This document shows positions 40,729-53,591 of a stretch of DNA of 64,000 bases, one piece after another. Origin of the DNA: Dicyema japonicum (lineage: Eukaryota > Animalia > Dicyemida); contig RDEW01000034.1 of the NCBI GenBank assembly GCA_011109175.1, forward strand, positions 517,556 through 581,555, in the 5' to 3' direction. The notes under the pieces were generated by a model. The model was not told the origin of the DNA. It ran no database searches and was given only the letters and a program-made list of their open reading frames with translations. A program made the translations under genes and the position numbers. Numbering within the stretch: the stretch's first letter is position 1; every line of letters starts with the position of its first letter.

Positions 40729-43720
40729 ATGCCTGTCGTTAAAAAAGCTCCTACAAAGAAGATTACTAAAATCAAAAATACTACCTCTGGAGAGGTTTTA
40801 AAAGAGAGTTGTATTGAAAACGTTAAGACTACCTCTGGAGAGGTTTTAAAGGAGAGTTGTATTGAAAACGTTAAGGATCTGTCTCTGGAACCTGCTTTTG
40901 TATACTCTGGGAATGTTTTTTATACAAATCTCTGTTACGTCGTATGGGAGCCATCAAAATCTCTAACGTACTGTACACTTTGACTTGACAGGGTCTATCA
41001 GATTGAGCCACAAAGGCTCCGGGATCTTCCGCCTCGAATTCAAAAAGGAGAAGGACAAAAGGAACTTTTGTGAACATGTGAATGCTACTTCACCTTTTGG
41101 TCTTGGAAACCATTGCTTCAGTGAAATCCGAGGGAGACCGTCCAAAATTGTGTTGAAGAACCTGCCCTTTTGGGTTGATGATAACGACCTTTATGAATTT
41201 GTCAAGGAATTAGCTCTCTCTACTACGAGCATATGCCGTTTCTACAAGGGAGATAGGAAACTCCTTCTTGCAAAAGTTCTAGTTAGATCAAGGGCGGAGG
41301 CTACATCGCTTGTCAGTCTTGGTTTCAACGTCGCCCACGTGCCGATTACATGTGAATGGTACAGAAGAGGCCCACGTAGGTGTTTCAAATGCCAACTCTA
41401 TGGACACATATCTTCCTTCTGTAAGGACATTGTGCCAGATATGGTGGATGCCCAGTCGCCAAGAAATCTGATCAGAGGAGAGCAACTAAAAGCTATGGAC
41501 ATGCGATAATAGGCGATATTGGGAGAACGTGGACAGCAAAGACAGTTACGTCAAAGTCGGCACCTAAAATTCGTCGAAAACCGAACGATCCCGCCCAATC
41601 TATCAGAGAAGATATACACTGAAATATCGGAGATTATGTCACGGCTAAACTCTGTGCTCGATTGCTCATGTGGATTTAATGGAAACGGTCACCAAAATGT
41701 TTGAAGCAAGGACTAAAAATAGTGCTAGTGAATGCCCGATCCCTAGGGAAAAGGCATAATGAACTAGCACTACTTGCGAGGGCCTCCAAGATCAACATCT
41801 TGGTGGTCAATGAGACGAAATTAAAGAAAGCGAAGAGTAATATAATGACTGGATACAATTCTGTGGACGTTTTATGGAAGGCTGGAGTAGTTGCTGCTAC
41901 GGGAACGTCTATTTTCTACCGGGACTGCCTCCGAATTCGTAATCCAAAAGTTGTTTGTGATGTATTGTGTGAATTTGTAAGCATGGACGTTTGTTGCGAC
42001 GGAGTATGGATTAGTGTTGGAGGTCTATACTCCAAGAATCTTGAGACTTGTTCTACAGATATCACTGAGTTCTACAACAAAAATCCCTATACTATCTTAA
42101 TTGGGGATCTTAATTCGAAGAACACTAGTTATGGTTGTAGCAAGACAAATCAGGATGGACGACGTTTATAATTATTGTCTGATTCATGTGGCTTTGTGAT
42201 CCTTACGTCGGATGACCCAAATCATTTTTCTTATCATGGTGGCGACAAACTCGGCGTTTTTCGAGTATCGCCAGCTCTATCTGTGTATGTGGGAAAGCCA
42301 AAATCTCTGGATATCGGAAGCGACCATATTCCACAAGAATTAGTTATTAGTATAAGGCCAGATGTTATGGAAGATGCCTTCTTGAGGTTCAACATATCTC
42401 ATTTGGATTGGGCCCACTATAGAGTCTTCATATCCAATAATTTGTGTGTTTTACCGAGAGAATTTTCAACCATAGAATATATCAATACTGCAAGTCGAGA
42501 ACTAACGAATCTCATACAGTCATATCTTCACCTATATGCACGAAGGGTTTTCTCAAAAAATAATCATTATTTTGTGTCGCCAATTATTATGAGGCTTATT
42601 CGTGAGAGGAATCGCCTAAGGGCAAAGCAAAGGCGTTGTGTCGACAAAATAGATGGGAAATTCATATCAGACAGAATTAGGATGATGAAGGAAGCAATCA
42701 GGAATATATGGAAGGAAGAGACTGACCGTATATGGAAGGCTGAGGCTGCGAAAATTGATATAAAGAATCCCTCTTTTTGGAAATCCTATCAGAAGATGAT
42801 GTTTCCGAAGTCGGGGAGAAAAAAAATTATATTGAATAAACCAGACGGGGGAATATGCATAACGGAGGAAACACCTTCGATATTCAGGGATCAGCTCCAA
42901 AAAATTCCGAGTGTGAATCCGTGGAGTTTGATCCCTGATGACAAAAAGAAGGTGTCTGCCGATATATTTAAACACTCCAACGAGGAACTGCCAATTGCTG
43001 ATAGCACTGTCAGCGTCTTTGAGGTGATTACAGCTATCAGGGAATGCAAGATCAATGCTCCAGGATATGACCACATATCAATGAAACTTATCAAAGAGGG
43101 TCCGGATATTATATTTGACTATCTGTGATGTCTTTATGATGGGTGTTTACGACTTGTCCACATCCTTTTAATATGGAAGAAAGCTGATGTGAGGATGATT
43201 CCAAAACTAGGGAAGTCAAAGGGAGATCCGGCAAGCTAAAGACCAATTAGCTTAATATGTTATTTCGCGAAAGTGATTGAACGTATCATTTTCGAAAAGG
43301 CTAAGCAGACATATAGAAGAGAATGACTTTCTGACTCCGAGCAGTGGAGGTTTTCGTCCCAAAGAGGCTGTGCAGACTGTTTCTTTCTACTGAATTCTGA
43401 AATCATGAAAGCAAGGGATTCCAAAAGGCAAATAAACTTATTATGTCTTGACAACTCAAAAGCATTCGACAGTGTATGAAGCGTTGTTAAAGCAGCTTGT
43501 ATCAGCATGTGTTCCAAGATACCTATTTGTTTGGCTAAGAAATTATCTTCAGGAAAGACAATCTTTTGTGAAGGTGTGTGGAAATATATCCGATGCAAAA
43601 TCATTCAAGAGGGAGTACCACAAGGTTCGGTATTGAGCCCTATTCTGTTCAATATATTCATGGAAACGTATCTACCCCAAAAAGCATAAGACTATTTACC
43701 TTCTACTCTCTTGTAGGAAA
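40729..43720 (+). mobile_element. Near-full-length jockey/I-like two-ORF LINE, 3' end missing
   Basis: ORF1 KIVLKNLP...CFKCQLYGHISSFC (gag knuckle; 48-bp tandem duplication at 40780-40876). APE LVNARSL, NETK, IGDLNSK, GSDHIP. RT NAPGYD, RPISL, GVPQGSVLSP, ending just before YADD. Confidence 0.93.
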
Positions 43721-43859
43721 TGATATACTTATGATTAAATTAAAAAATGACATTTTATGGTTGTGACTAATGTACAGTAGATGACATCGTGTAACTAATG
43801 ATAATATGGTTTTCATTCCCAAATGCAAAAATGTCAACCATAATTAATAGAAGAGAAGA

Positions 43860-44215
43860 TCCATGGAAAACATGATTTAGCTTTCGTTGTGCCGAAGAGA
43901 TGACGTTGTCGATGTGTTTGCTGAAGGTTAAGAGTGGGTCGCAAGTTACGCCCAGTATCTTTACCGAGTTGGTCGTGGGGATTGAGTTTCCTTTTATGGT
44001 TGCACATGGAGCGGAGTTTGTCAATATTCTGTTTGTTGTGAAAATTGTTGTATAAGACTTTTCGGGACTTGTATGTAGAATGTTCTTAACGAGACAACAG
44101 TTCAGATCGATCAATGAAGCTTGTATCGGTAAACAGCAGTATTAACGCACTGGTTTTTGACTGCGACGATTATATCATCCGCATATGCCAGAACCAGAGA
44201 ATCGTCACTCAAAGG
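43860..44215 (-). mobile_element. Ingi/Vingi-like LINE RT-end fragment, opposite orientation
   Basis: LAYADDII; VKILGVTCDPLLTFSKHI. Confidence 0.85.
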
Positions 44216-44314
44216 AGTATTTTCTCCAGAATTATTTATTTATCATAATTTTATTTTGTTTAATTAAAGTTAATAATTAATTTATAATTTTAAATTATCA
44301 ATAAATATAATTAA

Positions 44315-45760
44315 ATGTGTTCTAGTGGTCCTCGACTTCGTCCAATAATAGCAGTGGTTGGACCAACTGGTTGTGGCAAATCACAAATAGCGCTCGCATT
44401 GGCTCAAAGATTTAATGGTTGCATAATCAACGCAGATGCAATGCAAGTAAGTCATACAATTATTGAGTTATACAAAGGACTGAATATCATCACTAATAAG
44501 TCTAGTGAGGAAGAAATAAAGTCATGTCCTCATTATTTGATTGACTTTTTGGATCCACTAACAGAGAATTACAATGTGAGGAAATATTCCGAATCAGCTT
44601 TGAGGATAATAAAAGAAATACACGATAAGTCCAACTCCCCAGTTATTATTGAAGGTGGGACTAATTATTACTTGGAATCAATTCTCTTTGAATCTCTATT
44701 AGAATTACAGTAATCTTACTTGACTTGTTTAGGCCAACCAAATTTACTAAACATAAAAGTGAATCAGCAAAGGATGAAATGGAATGTGTATACACGTCTG
44801 AGGAATGTAAAGAGAATCATAAATATTTGATGGAGATAGATCCTGCTTTCGGAGAGAAATTCCACCCAAACGACTCACGTAAAATAAAAAAGTATATAAA
44901 TCATATAACAAAGAGCTATTAAAGTTTATGAACAAACGGGAAGACGAATGAGTGAGTTGTATTCCCAACAACGAGAGGGGGTAAAATATAGACTGAGATT
45001 CACTGATTTTTGTTTACTTTATATTTATAGGGACCTGAAAGGTAATGATTGTATTTAATAAAAGAACTGGACTCGTTAATTGACAAAAGAGTTGACAAAA
45101 TGTTAGAACGTGGACTTGTTGACGAATTATTAAATTTTCATAGGAGATATAATGAAATGAGAAAGGACAAGAAAGGGTATATTAAATATAATATTAGAAA
45201 ATATGATTATGAGCATGGAATATTTCAATGTATTGGTTTTAAGGAGTTTCACGAATATTTGATTAATAATGATGGATTATTTAATAAATGTATATATTAT
45301 AATTATATTAGGTGTTAGTACAATCAAACAATCCACCAAACGATATGCTAGACAACAAATTAAGTGGATTAATAAACGATTTATTACACGTTTGCTTACT
45401 TGTTATTATAGAATATAATCATTTCTATGCTTATAAACTTGATTCTACTAATTGTCATGATTTGTCTCACCATATTATCCCTCAGGCTATCACCATTGTT
45501 GATGATTACTTGAATGTACTCTTATTATTCTATTAAAGGCACGTGAGTGTATGTTTCAACAAATTAAGATTAACTATCCTAAGGAAAATACAAATGGAGT
45601 TGTTATGAGAAGGTGTGATCTTTGTGAAATGGATTTCTTTGTTAATGATGAGACCTGGGGTGATCATTCTAAAACCAAGAGACACAAACTGGCTGTTAAG
45701 CTAAAGAAGAGGAAAATAAAAGATACAATTCATATTTTTAATAAAATTATATTAAATTGA
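44315..45760 (+). CDS. TRIT1: tRNA dimethylallyltransferase, multi-exon
   Basis: P-loop [18 protein letters not shown]|.[42 protein letters not shown]-terminal C2H2 CDLC...HSKTKRH. Confidence 0.95.
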
Positions 45761-45809
45761 TTTAATGTTTTACACTATTGGTACCTTATTAATATACTTG
45801 TCTGCTTCG

Positions 45810-46685
45810 ATGTACATAACTCTACGCCTTTGTGTCAAATGGACTCTTGACACTCTCATATGGGGTCGTAGATATAAAGGAATGGTTGTAAATTACTTCC
45901 GTTCCAACCAAGAAATCCACTATGTTTGTCCACGTCACTATAAGACAATGGTAGGTTTTTTCAGGCATCCATCTCCCATCGATTTCTTGTGTAGACACTC
46001 TCTGTGTCTCCATCCAAGTTTCAGTTCACCCTATTTACTACAAACGGAAGATTTAAAGGTGGATTCTATGTATTCCCATAAAACATGCTTATTCCTTCTA
46101 CGCGAATCCAGAAGATCCTTGGAATGACATTCGACTCTCCAGTCATACAGAGGAAGTGTTAACCAAGGGGCTTCGAAAGTGGAACGTCCTAAAGCTTCCA
46201 TAAAGAAGAGCCCCTTCCCATCTACAGGTTGCATCAGCAAACTATATCTTCAGGTTATTGTGGCGACAATTGAATATGCCTATTGTGCCTGGAGATTAGC
46301 TTTTTTCTCTTCTAATGTCAAGCGTATAAACTTCTCAGACAAAATCAAGCGGCATATGCAATCAGACACTATATCCATCTCCAGTTTCCTTTCAGTGGCG
46401 GAGAGTTTAGAAATGGTCAGGGGTTCATACATATCTGCATATCTGCAAGGAGCTAGGTAGCCCATTCAGGGAAAGAGCAGCCCATACAGATGAATTCAGA
46501 TCGACCATAAAAAAGCGTACCCCGATAGAATTCCTATGCAGGTATAAAAGAAGGAACTTCCGAAGGGCAGTTGGATCACAAACGGAGAATTTGAAAAGAA
46601 TTCTAGGGATGTTGGAGGCTGAGATCACTTAATTAGTGAGTTAATCCTTTCTTTCTTGGTAGGCTTTGGGTTTTAAATAAATAAC
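45810..46685 (+). mobile_element. 5'-truncated Ingi/Vingi-like LINE
   Basis: KILGMTFD; IEYAYCAW; ends GAGATCACTTAATTAGTG...AAATAAAT. Confidence 0.8.
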
Positions 46686-47121
46686 CATTAACAATTTCTA
46701 ATTAAAGACACTTCCGGGAAGCGATGTGATCCATAGCAGACAACTCGAGGAGAATCCGAAAATTACTAGTAGCTAAGACCACTTAATTAGTTGGCATATA
46801 AAAATATTGAATTTGTTAATGTAGACACGTGACCTTGATTATATCCTGTTCTCCCGGTGATATTCTTTCCCAGCATACATCTCTTTGAAAGTATCCGCTA
46901 TTATGTGAATTCTTCCACTGGAGTAAGGAAGAGAGAAATCATTTTTGGATGCCGCCCTTGAATTGGGCGTCTCTTAAATTGCGTGGATCCAATGATGATG
47001 CCTCTAAGAATTAAAGGAAACAAAGGACGAAGAGGAAATACTTCTATCAAGTAGGTGGATCTATGTAAAAATTATCAATTTTACAATAATATTAAAATTT
47101 ATATTAAATATAATAATTTGA

Positions 47122-48039
47122 ATGAGTCTCGTGTGTAACGTGGAGGATTTTGTAAAATACAGTAATTAATGCTACTAAATTAAAGAATCAATTCCACTAC
47201 CAGAAGTGATCTCATTATATCAAAATAACACTCAAATATTACCACATCAGTATTCCCACTGTGTTGCAATCAGAACATTATTTAAAATAATAAAATTACC
47301 ATATCAAATCGAATATTATTCAAATGCTGAGGACATTTCTCCCAACGGTATTCACTTTATTTACAAACAGGACAAATCCCCTTCATAAAATGCGGTCCCT
47401 TACTTATTTCTGGATTGCAGTCTATTCTCAGATTTTTGGACTTTAAAGTAAAACATTAAGTTTTATTTTGAAACTCTCTCCTTCATTGAAATTAGCTCAA
47501 TGTACACGTGACTTGATGTGGTCTTCAATATACTCACTACATGCTGATTTAACAGATTGTGAAGTTTATTTTAAATTTAAATTAGACTTATATCACGTGG
47601 TGTGATAACCAAACTTACGAGAAAGTATTTTGGGGGACTTTATTTAGTCGACCCGATTACTGGTTGGGAGTTGTCTCCCATTCCCTTTGAATGTAATAGT
47701 TCCTTGGAGTAAACGAAGGGAAATACAAAGAAAGCACTATTCGTCCAAAAACACTCCAAAAAGTCGTGAAGAGGTTGATTTGGTTATTATGTTGGTATTG
47801 GAAATGATTACAAGATCGTTCAGTCTGCTGTCTAATATTTTGGGAGAAAAGGAGTACTTTCTATCAGAATGGTTATACGTGTGAATATGTGTAGTGCGTG
47901 TGAGTTGGATGCAGTGGCTTATGGGCATATTATAGTATTTATGAGTGATGGAGTGTGTAATTCATTCTGTCACGATTATTTTACTATGCATCACAATTTA
48001 GTTGACTTTTGTCTTAGATTTAATAACTTTTATTCATAA
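47122..48039 (+). CDS. MTX2: Metaxin-2 (mitochondrial outer membrane, GST-like), multi-exon; missed by ORF track
   Basis: MSLV..; SNAEDISPN|GQIPFI; YITWCD..TYEK; PFPLN; LSNILGEKEYF; ELDAVAYGHI; [13 protein letters not shown]. One internal segment (about 47450-47560) could not be spliced in frame. Confidence 0.85.
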
Positions 48040-49127
48040 ATTCATCAATAACCAAGTCCACAGCCTGTGATGATGTAATAATATCCTTGGAGACCATTTC
48101 TTGAAGTGAGACTATTTTATCACAATATTTATCATTAAATAATTCCCACAATGAGTTTTGGAGGGAATTTTTAAACCAAAATTGTTTCTGACATGTCCGA
48201 TTCCTCCAAAACTCCCCACTTTCAGTCATTATGTCCTTAAACTGACCCATTTTCTCATATAATCCATCAAATCCCTCCCTTGTAGTAGAAGACACCCTCA
48301 CAACCTAAAATCCCCCATATTCAGACCTTAGGATTCCAATTGGGAGATTTATGAGATAAAAACTTTAAGGCATTCTGATAGTCAGACTGAACTCGTTTAG
48401 ATTCCTTTACCAAGTCAGAGTCACTTTTTGTGACCACGATTATATCACTCAGTTCAGTGATTCCCCGTTTCATTCCTAGTTTCCCAAATAGGAATACCCT
48501 GCATTTCATCCCCCGCGGATGGTGGAATCAGTAAAAGGAATAGATCTACCATTTCTGCCACGGCGGTCTCCGATTGGCCAACACCGACTGTCTCGATGAG
48601 AATGATGTTGTATTTGGCAGCCTCACAGAGGACGATCACTTCGTTAGTGACCTTTGCGACTCCACCAAGGACTCCTCCTGTGGGGGACGGTCTCACATAG
48701 GCGTTCTTGTTTGTTGAAAGCAAAGGCATTCTGACTTTGTCTCCCAAAAGAGAACCTTTCGTTACAACACAAGTACCTCCTCTTTTGACGGAGGAAGGGT
48801 CCACTGCCAGGACGGCGACCTGTTGTCTCTTTGAAGCAAATAAGTACCGAATGACTCAATAAATGTGCTTTTACCAGCGCCTGGTGGGCCAGAAATTCCA
48901 ATTCTGAATGTATTTGACGCTGTTTTGTTGGCATTTTGTTGACATTGTGCCAATATTTGTTGTCCAACAGCACGCTTTTGTAGATTTGTTGACTCCACCA
49001 TTGTTACTGAGCGAGACAAGGCTGATCTACTTCCCAAAATGATTTCATTAAACAGATCTGAGGCCATCGTGGAAACTGTCTCAATTTTGGTTGATAATGT
49101 CCTCATTAATAATTGCGGTATCTTCAT
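48020..49127 (-). CDS. MMAA: Methylmalonic aciduria type A protein (MeaB/ArgK GTPase), multi-exon
   Basis: [81 protein letters not shown]. Confidence 0.96.
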
Positions 49128-49254
49128 ATTGACTGAAATATTAAATTTGAAATATTCAACAATAATTCGTGATTAATTAATTCTAATTAATTTAAAAAAT
49201 CAATAAATTCATTATTTTTAAATGTTTTGTAGTTATTGTTAATAAATTCGATTT

Positions 49255-49535
49255 TTATAGAGAATACAAGGCTTCATCTGTCTGTGTGGCCAAGAAACAA
49301 GTCGTTTCTTCCATTCAAGGCTAAAGGCTTCAAATACACGAAATTTGGGAAAAACCCCACTCCTCTTCAAACCCTAATGAAAGATGATCGTCGTTTATTC
49401 AGGAAAGCCGTGGGTACTCTGGAGGAACACAGGAAAAACCTTTTGATCCTGTTGAGGCGTACGGGATCACTTAATTAGTTGGATTACTCCTTCTTTCTTG
49501 GTGTTCCCTTTTCGGGGTTATTAAATAAATAATAA
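49255..49535 (+). mobile_element. Short 5'-truncated copy of the ...RRTGIT* LINE subfamily
   Basis: Near-identical to the 3' ends at 54435 and 61661. Confidence 0.9.
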
Positions 49536-49559
49536 ATAATATAGAGAATACAAGATATT

Positions 49560-50560
49560 AATCGGATGTCTCCAAGAGACAAAAATATCGAAGGAGTTTG
49601 AAATCTTATACAAGAGAACAGGAACTGAGCCAATATCATGTGAGATTACTGATTCAAGATGAAGGCTTTTTTGATACATACTCCGCCACGATATGGGGAC
49701 CCCTGCCAACATAGCAATGGAGGAGTAGTTTGTCTTAGAAGCTTCTCGTTTCCGCGGTTATTCTAGATGAAGATCTCAGGATACGCTACGGAACATGGCA
49801 ACGGATCGAAAAAGATGGGGGACGTTAATTAGATTGTTAACTTTTCGTGTTGCACATGCTTTGTCATGATCTTGGCATCGCGTACGTGCCTATAATAATA
49901 ATACAGGAAGTTCTCTCACCTGAAAAATACACTGGGCAAATTGAGTGAATAATTCCTAATCGTAAACCCAGACAAAACCATAATAACCGAAATCAAAAGA
50001 ATGGAAAACATCCTTGAATAACGTTGGCGACATTTTAATCAGCTTGGATCCCTACTGGGGACAAAGAAGACATCAAAAGGAAAACACTTGTAGGAGTAGC
50101 AATGCAAAAACTCAAAGTGATGGCTGAAAGGACTTGATGTTAATCAACGGATGTTTAATGCATTTGTGAAACCAATACTCACCTGTAATGCTGGTACTTG
50201 GGTCTGTTCGATTAAGGAATCGATGGCTCTATTTTTATTTACTTGACAGGTTCTCGAATGCTGGAATTTTAAAAAAATGCAAGAGTAGGCTTCTAAACCA
50301 GGACATCACTGACGCCTGGTGGAGAATGTTTGGACACATCCTGCGTATGGATCTCGCTACCCCAGCGAATGTGGCGATGGAGGATCATTTTATGTTCGAG
50401 TGGAAATGCTTCCGTGGCGGAACAAGGATAACACTCCATATCATACTTTTCAAAGACCTCCACAGAGCGGGGTTAATGACTAAAGACGGGAGACGATCTG
50501 GACGAGCTGAGATCGATTGCGTGTAACCGCGAAGGATGGAAGAGGCTAACTAATAACATT
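49560..50560 (+). mobile_element. Two adjacent RTE 3' fragments (49560-49845 and 49870-50560)
   Basis: TPANIAMEE..TLRNMATDRKRW; WWRMFGHILRMDLATPANVAMED. Confidence 0.8.
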
Positions 50561-50811
50561 GTTTCTTGTGTTTTCATACTTTTCTATAACCATTATGCCA
50601 AGGCGATAAGTGCTTATACAGTCTGGCTTTTGATTTTGAATTTTTGACAGAAGAGTAATTTAAAGATTGAATGAATTTGTTTTTCATGACATGTAGCATT
50701 GTCGAGGAATATAAGGATTTTTTGAGTTTTCATTTTTCATTATCCTTTGTCCAACATAGTTACAGCACGAAAAAAAAGAAATTTTTTATTTGCTCTGTTT
50801 AAAAATTTCAT

Positions 50812-53590
50812 ATGGCTCGCCGACGACGTGGTGGCATTTGGAAAAAAAACCACACTTTCCCCTATCTTCACGGTGGACTAATAAGGAAGACCTGCGCCGC
50901 TGCAGAGACGTTAAGGCAAACCCTGGACCATCCAGAATAGTCTAACTAAAACAATAAATGGAATCAAGAACAAGATAATCGAACTTGGGACATTTGTGAA
51001 AGAAAATCACATTGATCTGTTGCTAATTCAAGAGTCTAAACTTTCTCCAATTCACAGTAATTCACAGTAATTCGCCGTGACAGAATTGGCAAACTTGGTG
51101 GGGGTCTTCTCACAGTTATCCGCAACGGCATTCCGTTTGAGGACATAACCAACAGTGCTTACACTATGCTTAAAGGATATGGAAATCTCGAACTTTTGGT
51201 TACCAAAATACGATTCCCAAGACTATCAATAACAATTGTCAACGCATATCTCCCACCACTGAGTTCCTGCTCGTCCAGTGCCCCCAGACTCACTCCTCTC
51301 GCGTCACTAAAGGATGTGATTATCTGTGGTGACTTCAATGCGAAGCACCCACTGTGGCTGACAGGACAAACCTACGACAAAAGAGGGAAGATGATAATTG
51401 AGGACCTCCACAGCCTATGTATACTCAACGATCCTGCATCTCATACAAGAACACCTACTCGACGTAACTATAAACCTTCTTCTATCGACATCTCATTGTC
51501 ATCACCGTCCTTGGTCCCTCTTATTGACTGGTTAGTGAAGTATGACACCAGAGTGACCACAATCCAATATTTTTGGAGGTCAAAACGAGGTCATGGATAA
51601 AAGGACAATGCCCAACGATAAATACAGCCTTGCGAATTGGAAAGGATTCAAGGAATACGTCGATAATTGTATTGGACTACTAAATTTACCCACTTTTCCC
51701 TCCGTCGAACAATTAGTGAAATGGTTCAACTCCATTATAAACGATGCGAAAAAGAAGTACATTCCTATGGGGAGACAACCTACGTCATCAAAACGTTTCA
51801 ACACAACGACAAAACATCTGATCAGAGAACGAAATAATCTAAAGATGGTAAAATCGCCAACAGAAGAGATCATCAGAAAAATACGAGAATTGAACAGAAA
51901 GTTCGACAACAACATAAAGACAGAAAATGCAAATAGATGGACGAGACTATCGAAGGCTCTCTACAAAAACCCCCCAATGCAAAGAGTGTGGAAGTGGATC
52001 AAAAACATCAAAAGACCCTCCCCAGAGAGAAAAGTCGAAGTCTACATAAAACCAGACATTCTGATAAAATATTACACATCTATATCCTACAAGAAGTTTT
52101 CAAAAGAACACCAAGTATTCCTGAAAAAGATTGAACCGAAACGATCCGATGACTGGATCTTATTTACTAGTCAGGATGTTCCATATCCAAGGCCAAAGGC
52201 CAGACAACATAACCAAATGTGAACTGAAACACCTAGGCTATCGAGCCCTGGAACTATTCAGCCTATCCATTAACACAAATACAATCCCTGAAATATGGAA
52301 GAAGTCTCTAATCAGACCTATCCGAAAACCCAACAAACCAATAGATGAACCATCTTCTTATCGCCCAATATCTATTCGAAGTCCGGTCTCAAGGATCCTT
52401 GAAAGGATTGTTTTGGAAAAAATACAAGACTCAATCTCAATACTTTCGACCCAGCACGAATTCCGGGATAACCATTCGACGACAACACACCTTACAACCC
52501 TCACACAATTCATTGTGGAAGGATTGAACTCCCCCAAACCCCATCAGAGGACAGTACTTATATCCGTGGACATCACAAAAGCGTTCGACTTAGTCCCTAG
52601 GAAACTCCTAACAAAGAAAATATGAAACCAACATCCATCCGAACCTGAAACTTTGGCTTGGAAACTTCCTAAATGGAAGACGAGCACAAGTACTCTGCAA
52701 CAACATCAAATTAAGATCTCGCTATTTCTCGAATGGAGTCCCTCAAGGCTCCCCACTATCACCCCAACTCTTCAATCTCTACATAAACGACATGCCACAA
52801 ATCTGCAATGAAAACTGTCTAATCCTCTCTATGCCGATGATATCATTCTTGCCTCCAAGGACAGAACATTCAATCAGCGACTCAGTTGGCTCAACAAATG
52901 CTCGACAACTTGGAACTATGGCTCTCGAAGCGGAGACTTGACACATCAGCAGCAAAGTCCTTTGTCACACTGTTTACTACCTACAAGAGACAGCTCTGTA
53001 TCGAACCAAAAGTCTTTATGAAGAACGAAGCTATCTCTATTAACAAAACACCGAAGATTCTGAGAGTAACCTTTGATCAGGGACTCACCTTTATCCGGCA
53101 TGTTGAAAACAAAGTAACTTCTGCTCTAAAAAAATGAGAATTTTAAAAGTGCTCTCAAAAACACTTAGAGATCAAACTGGGATCCTTGCCACAATTTACA
53201 AACATTTTATCAGACCAACGATGCCATATGCAAGTCTTTCATGGGCAATGCAAATGCCACGATCTTCCACATTGAAATTATCTACAATCGAGGAGACTGC
53301 AATAAAGGTTAATTGAACCAGACACAAATCCAACCATTGAAAATTTTTAATCGAATTACAACGGAAACTCTTAAAGGAGGCATTTCTACCGAGCTGCCCT
53401 ATATTACATGCATTATCGAAATATCTACAATCATACAGAAATTTTGAGCCGATGCCATGTCCAATGAGAAGAGCTGTTCAGGATTCTCGACCCGCCTGAC
53501 TCGTCCTCTCCTTTGTCGGTCTGGGATCAATTAGTTAGATGAGAACTTTTATTTCTTTCTCTTTTGACCCAGTGATCATGGGGTAATAAT
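50812..53590 (+). mobile_element. Near-full-length single-ORF Ingi/Vingi-like LINE: leader + 2A-like peptide + APE + RT
   Basis: MARRRRGG..DLRRCRDVKANPGP, then IV.L.INGIKNK, IQESKL, GDFNAKH, YRPISI, DITKAFD, GVPQGSPLSP, YADD, KILRVTFD. Tail GGGATCAATTAGTTAG...(TAA)n. Frameshifted. Confidence 0.92.
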
Positions 53591-53591
53591 A

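Noticed and set aside
43720-44215. Inverted 3' half of the 40.7-kb LINE
   Set aside because: Its thumb motif (KILGVTCDPLLTF) matches the other LINE family, so it is a separate fragment.
47490-47545. TGA reassignment suggested by in-frame TGAs in one MTX2 frame
   Set aside because: TGA terminates FAM32A, VPS52 and TRIT1, other frames fit similarly, and an indel is simpler.
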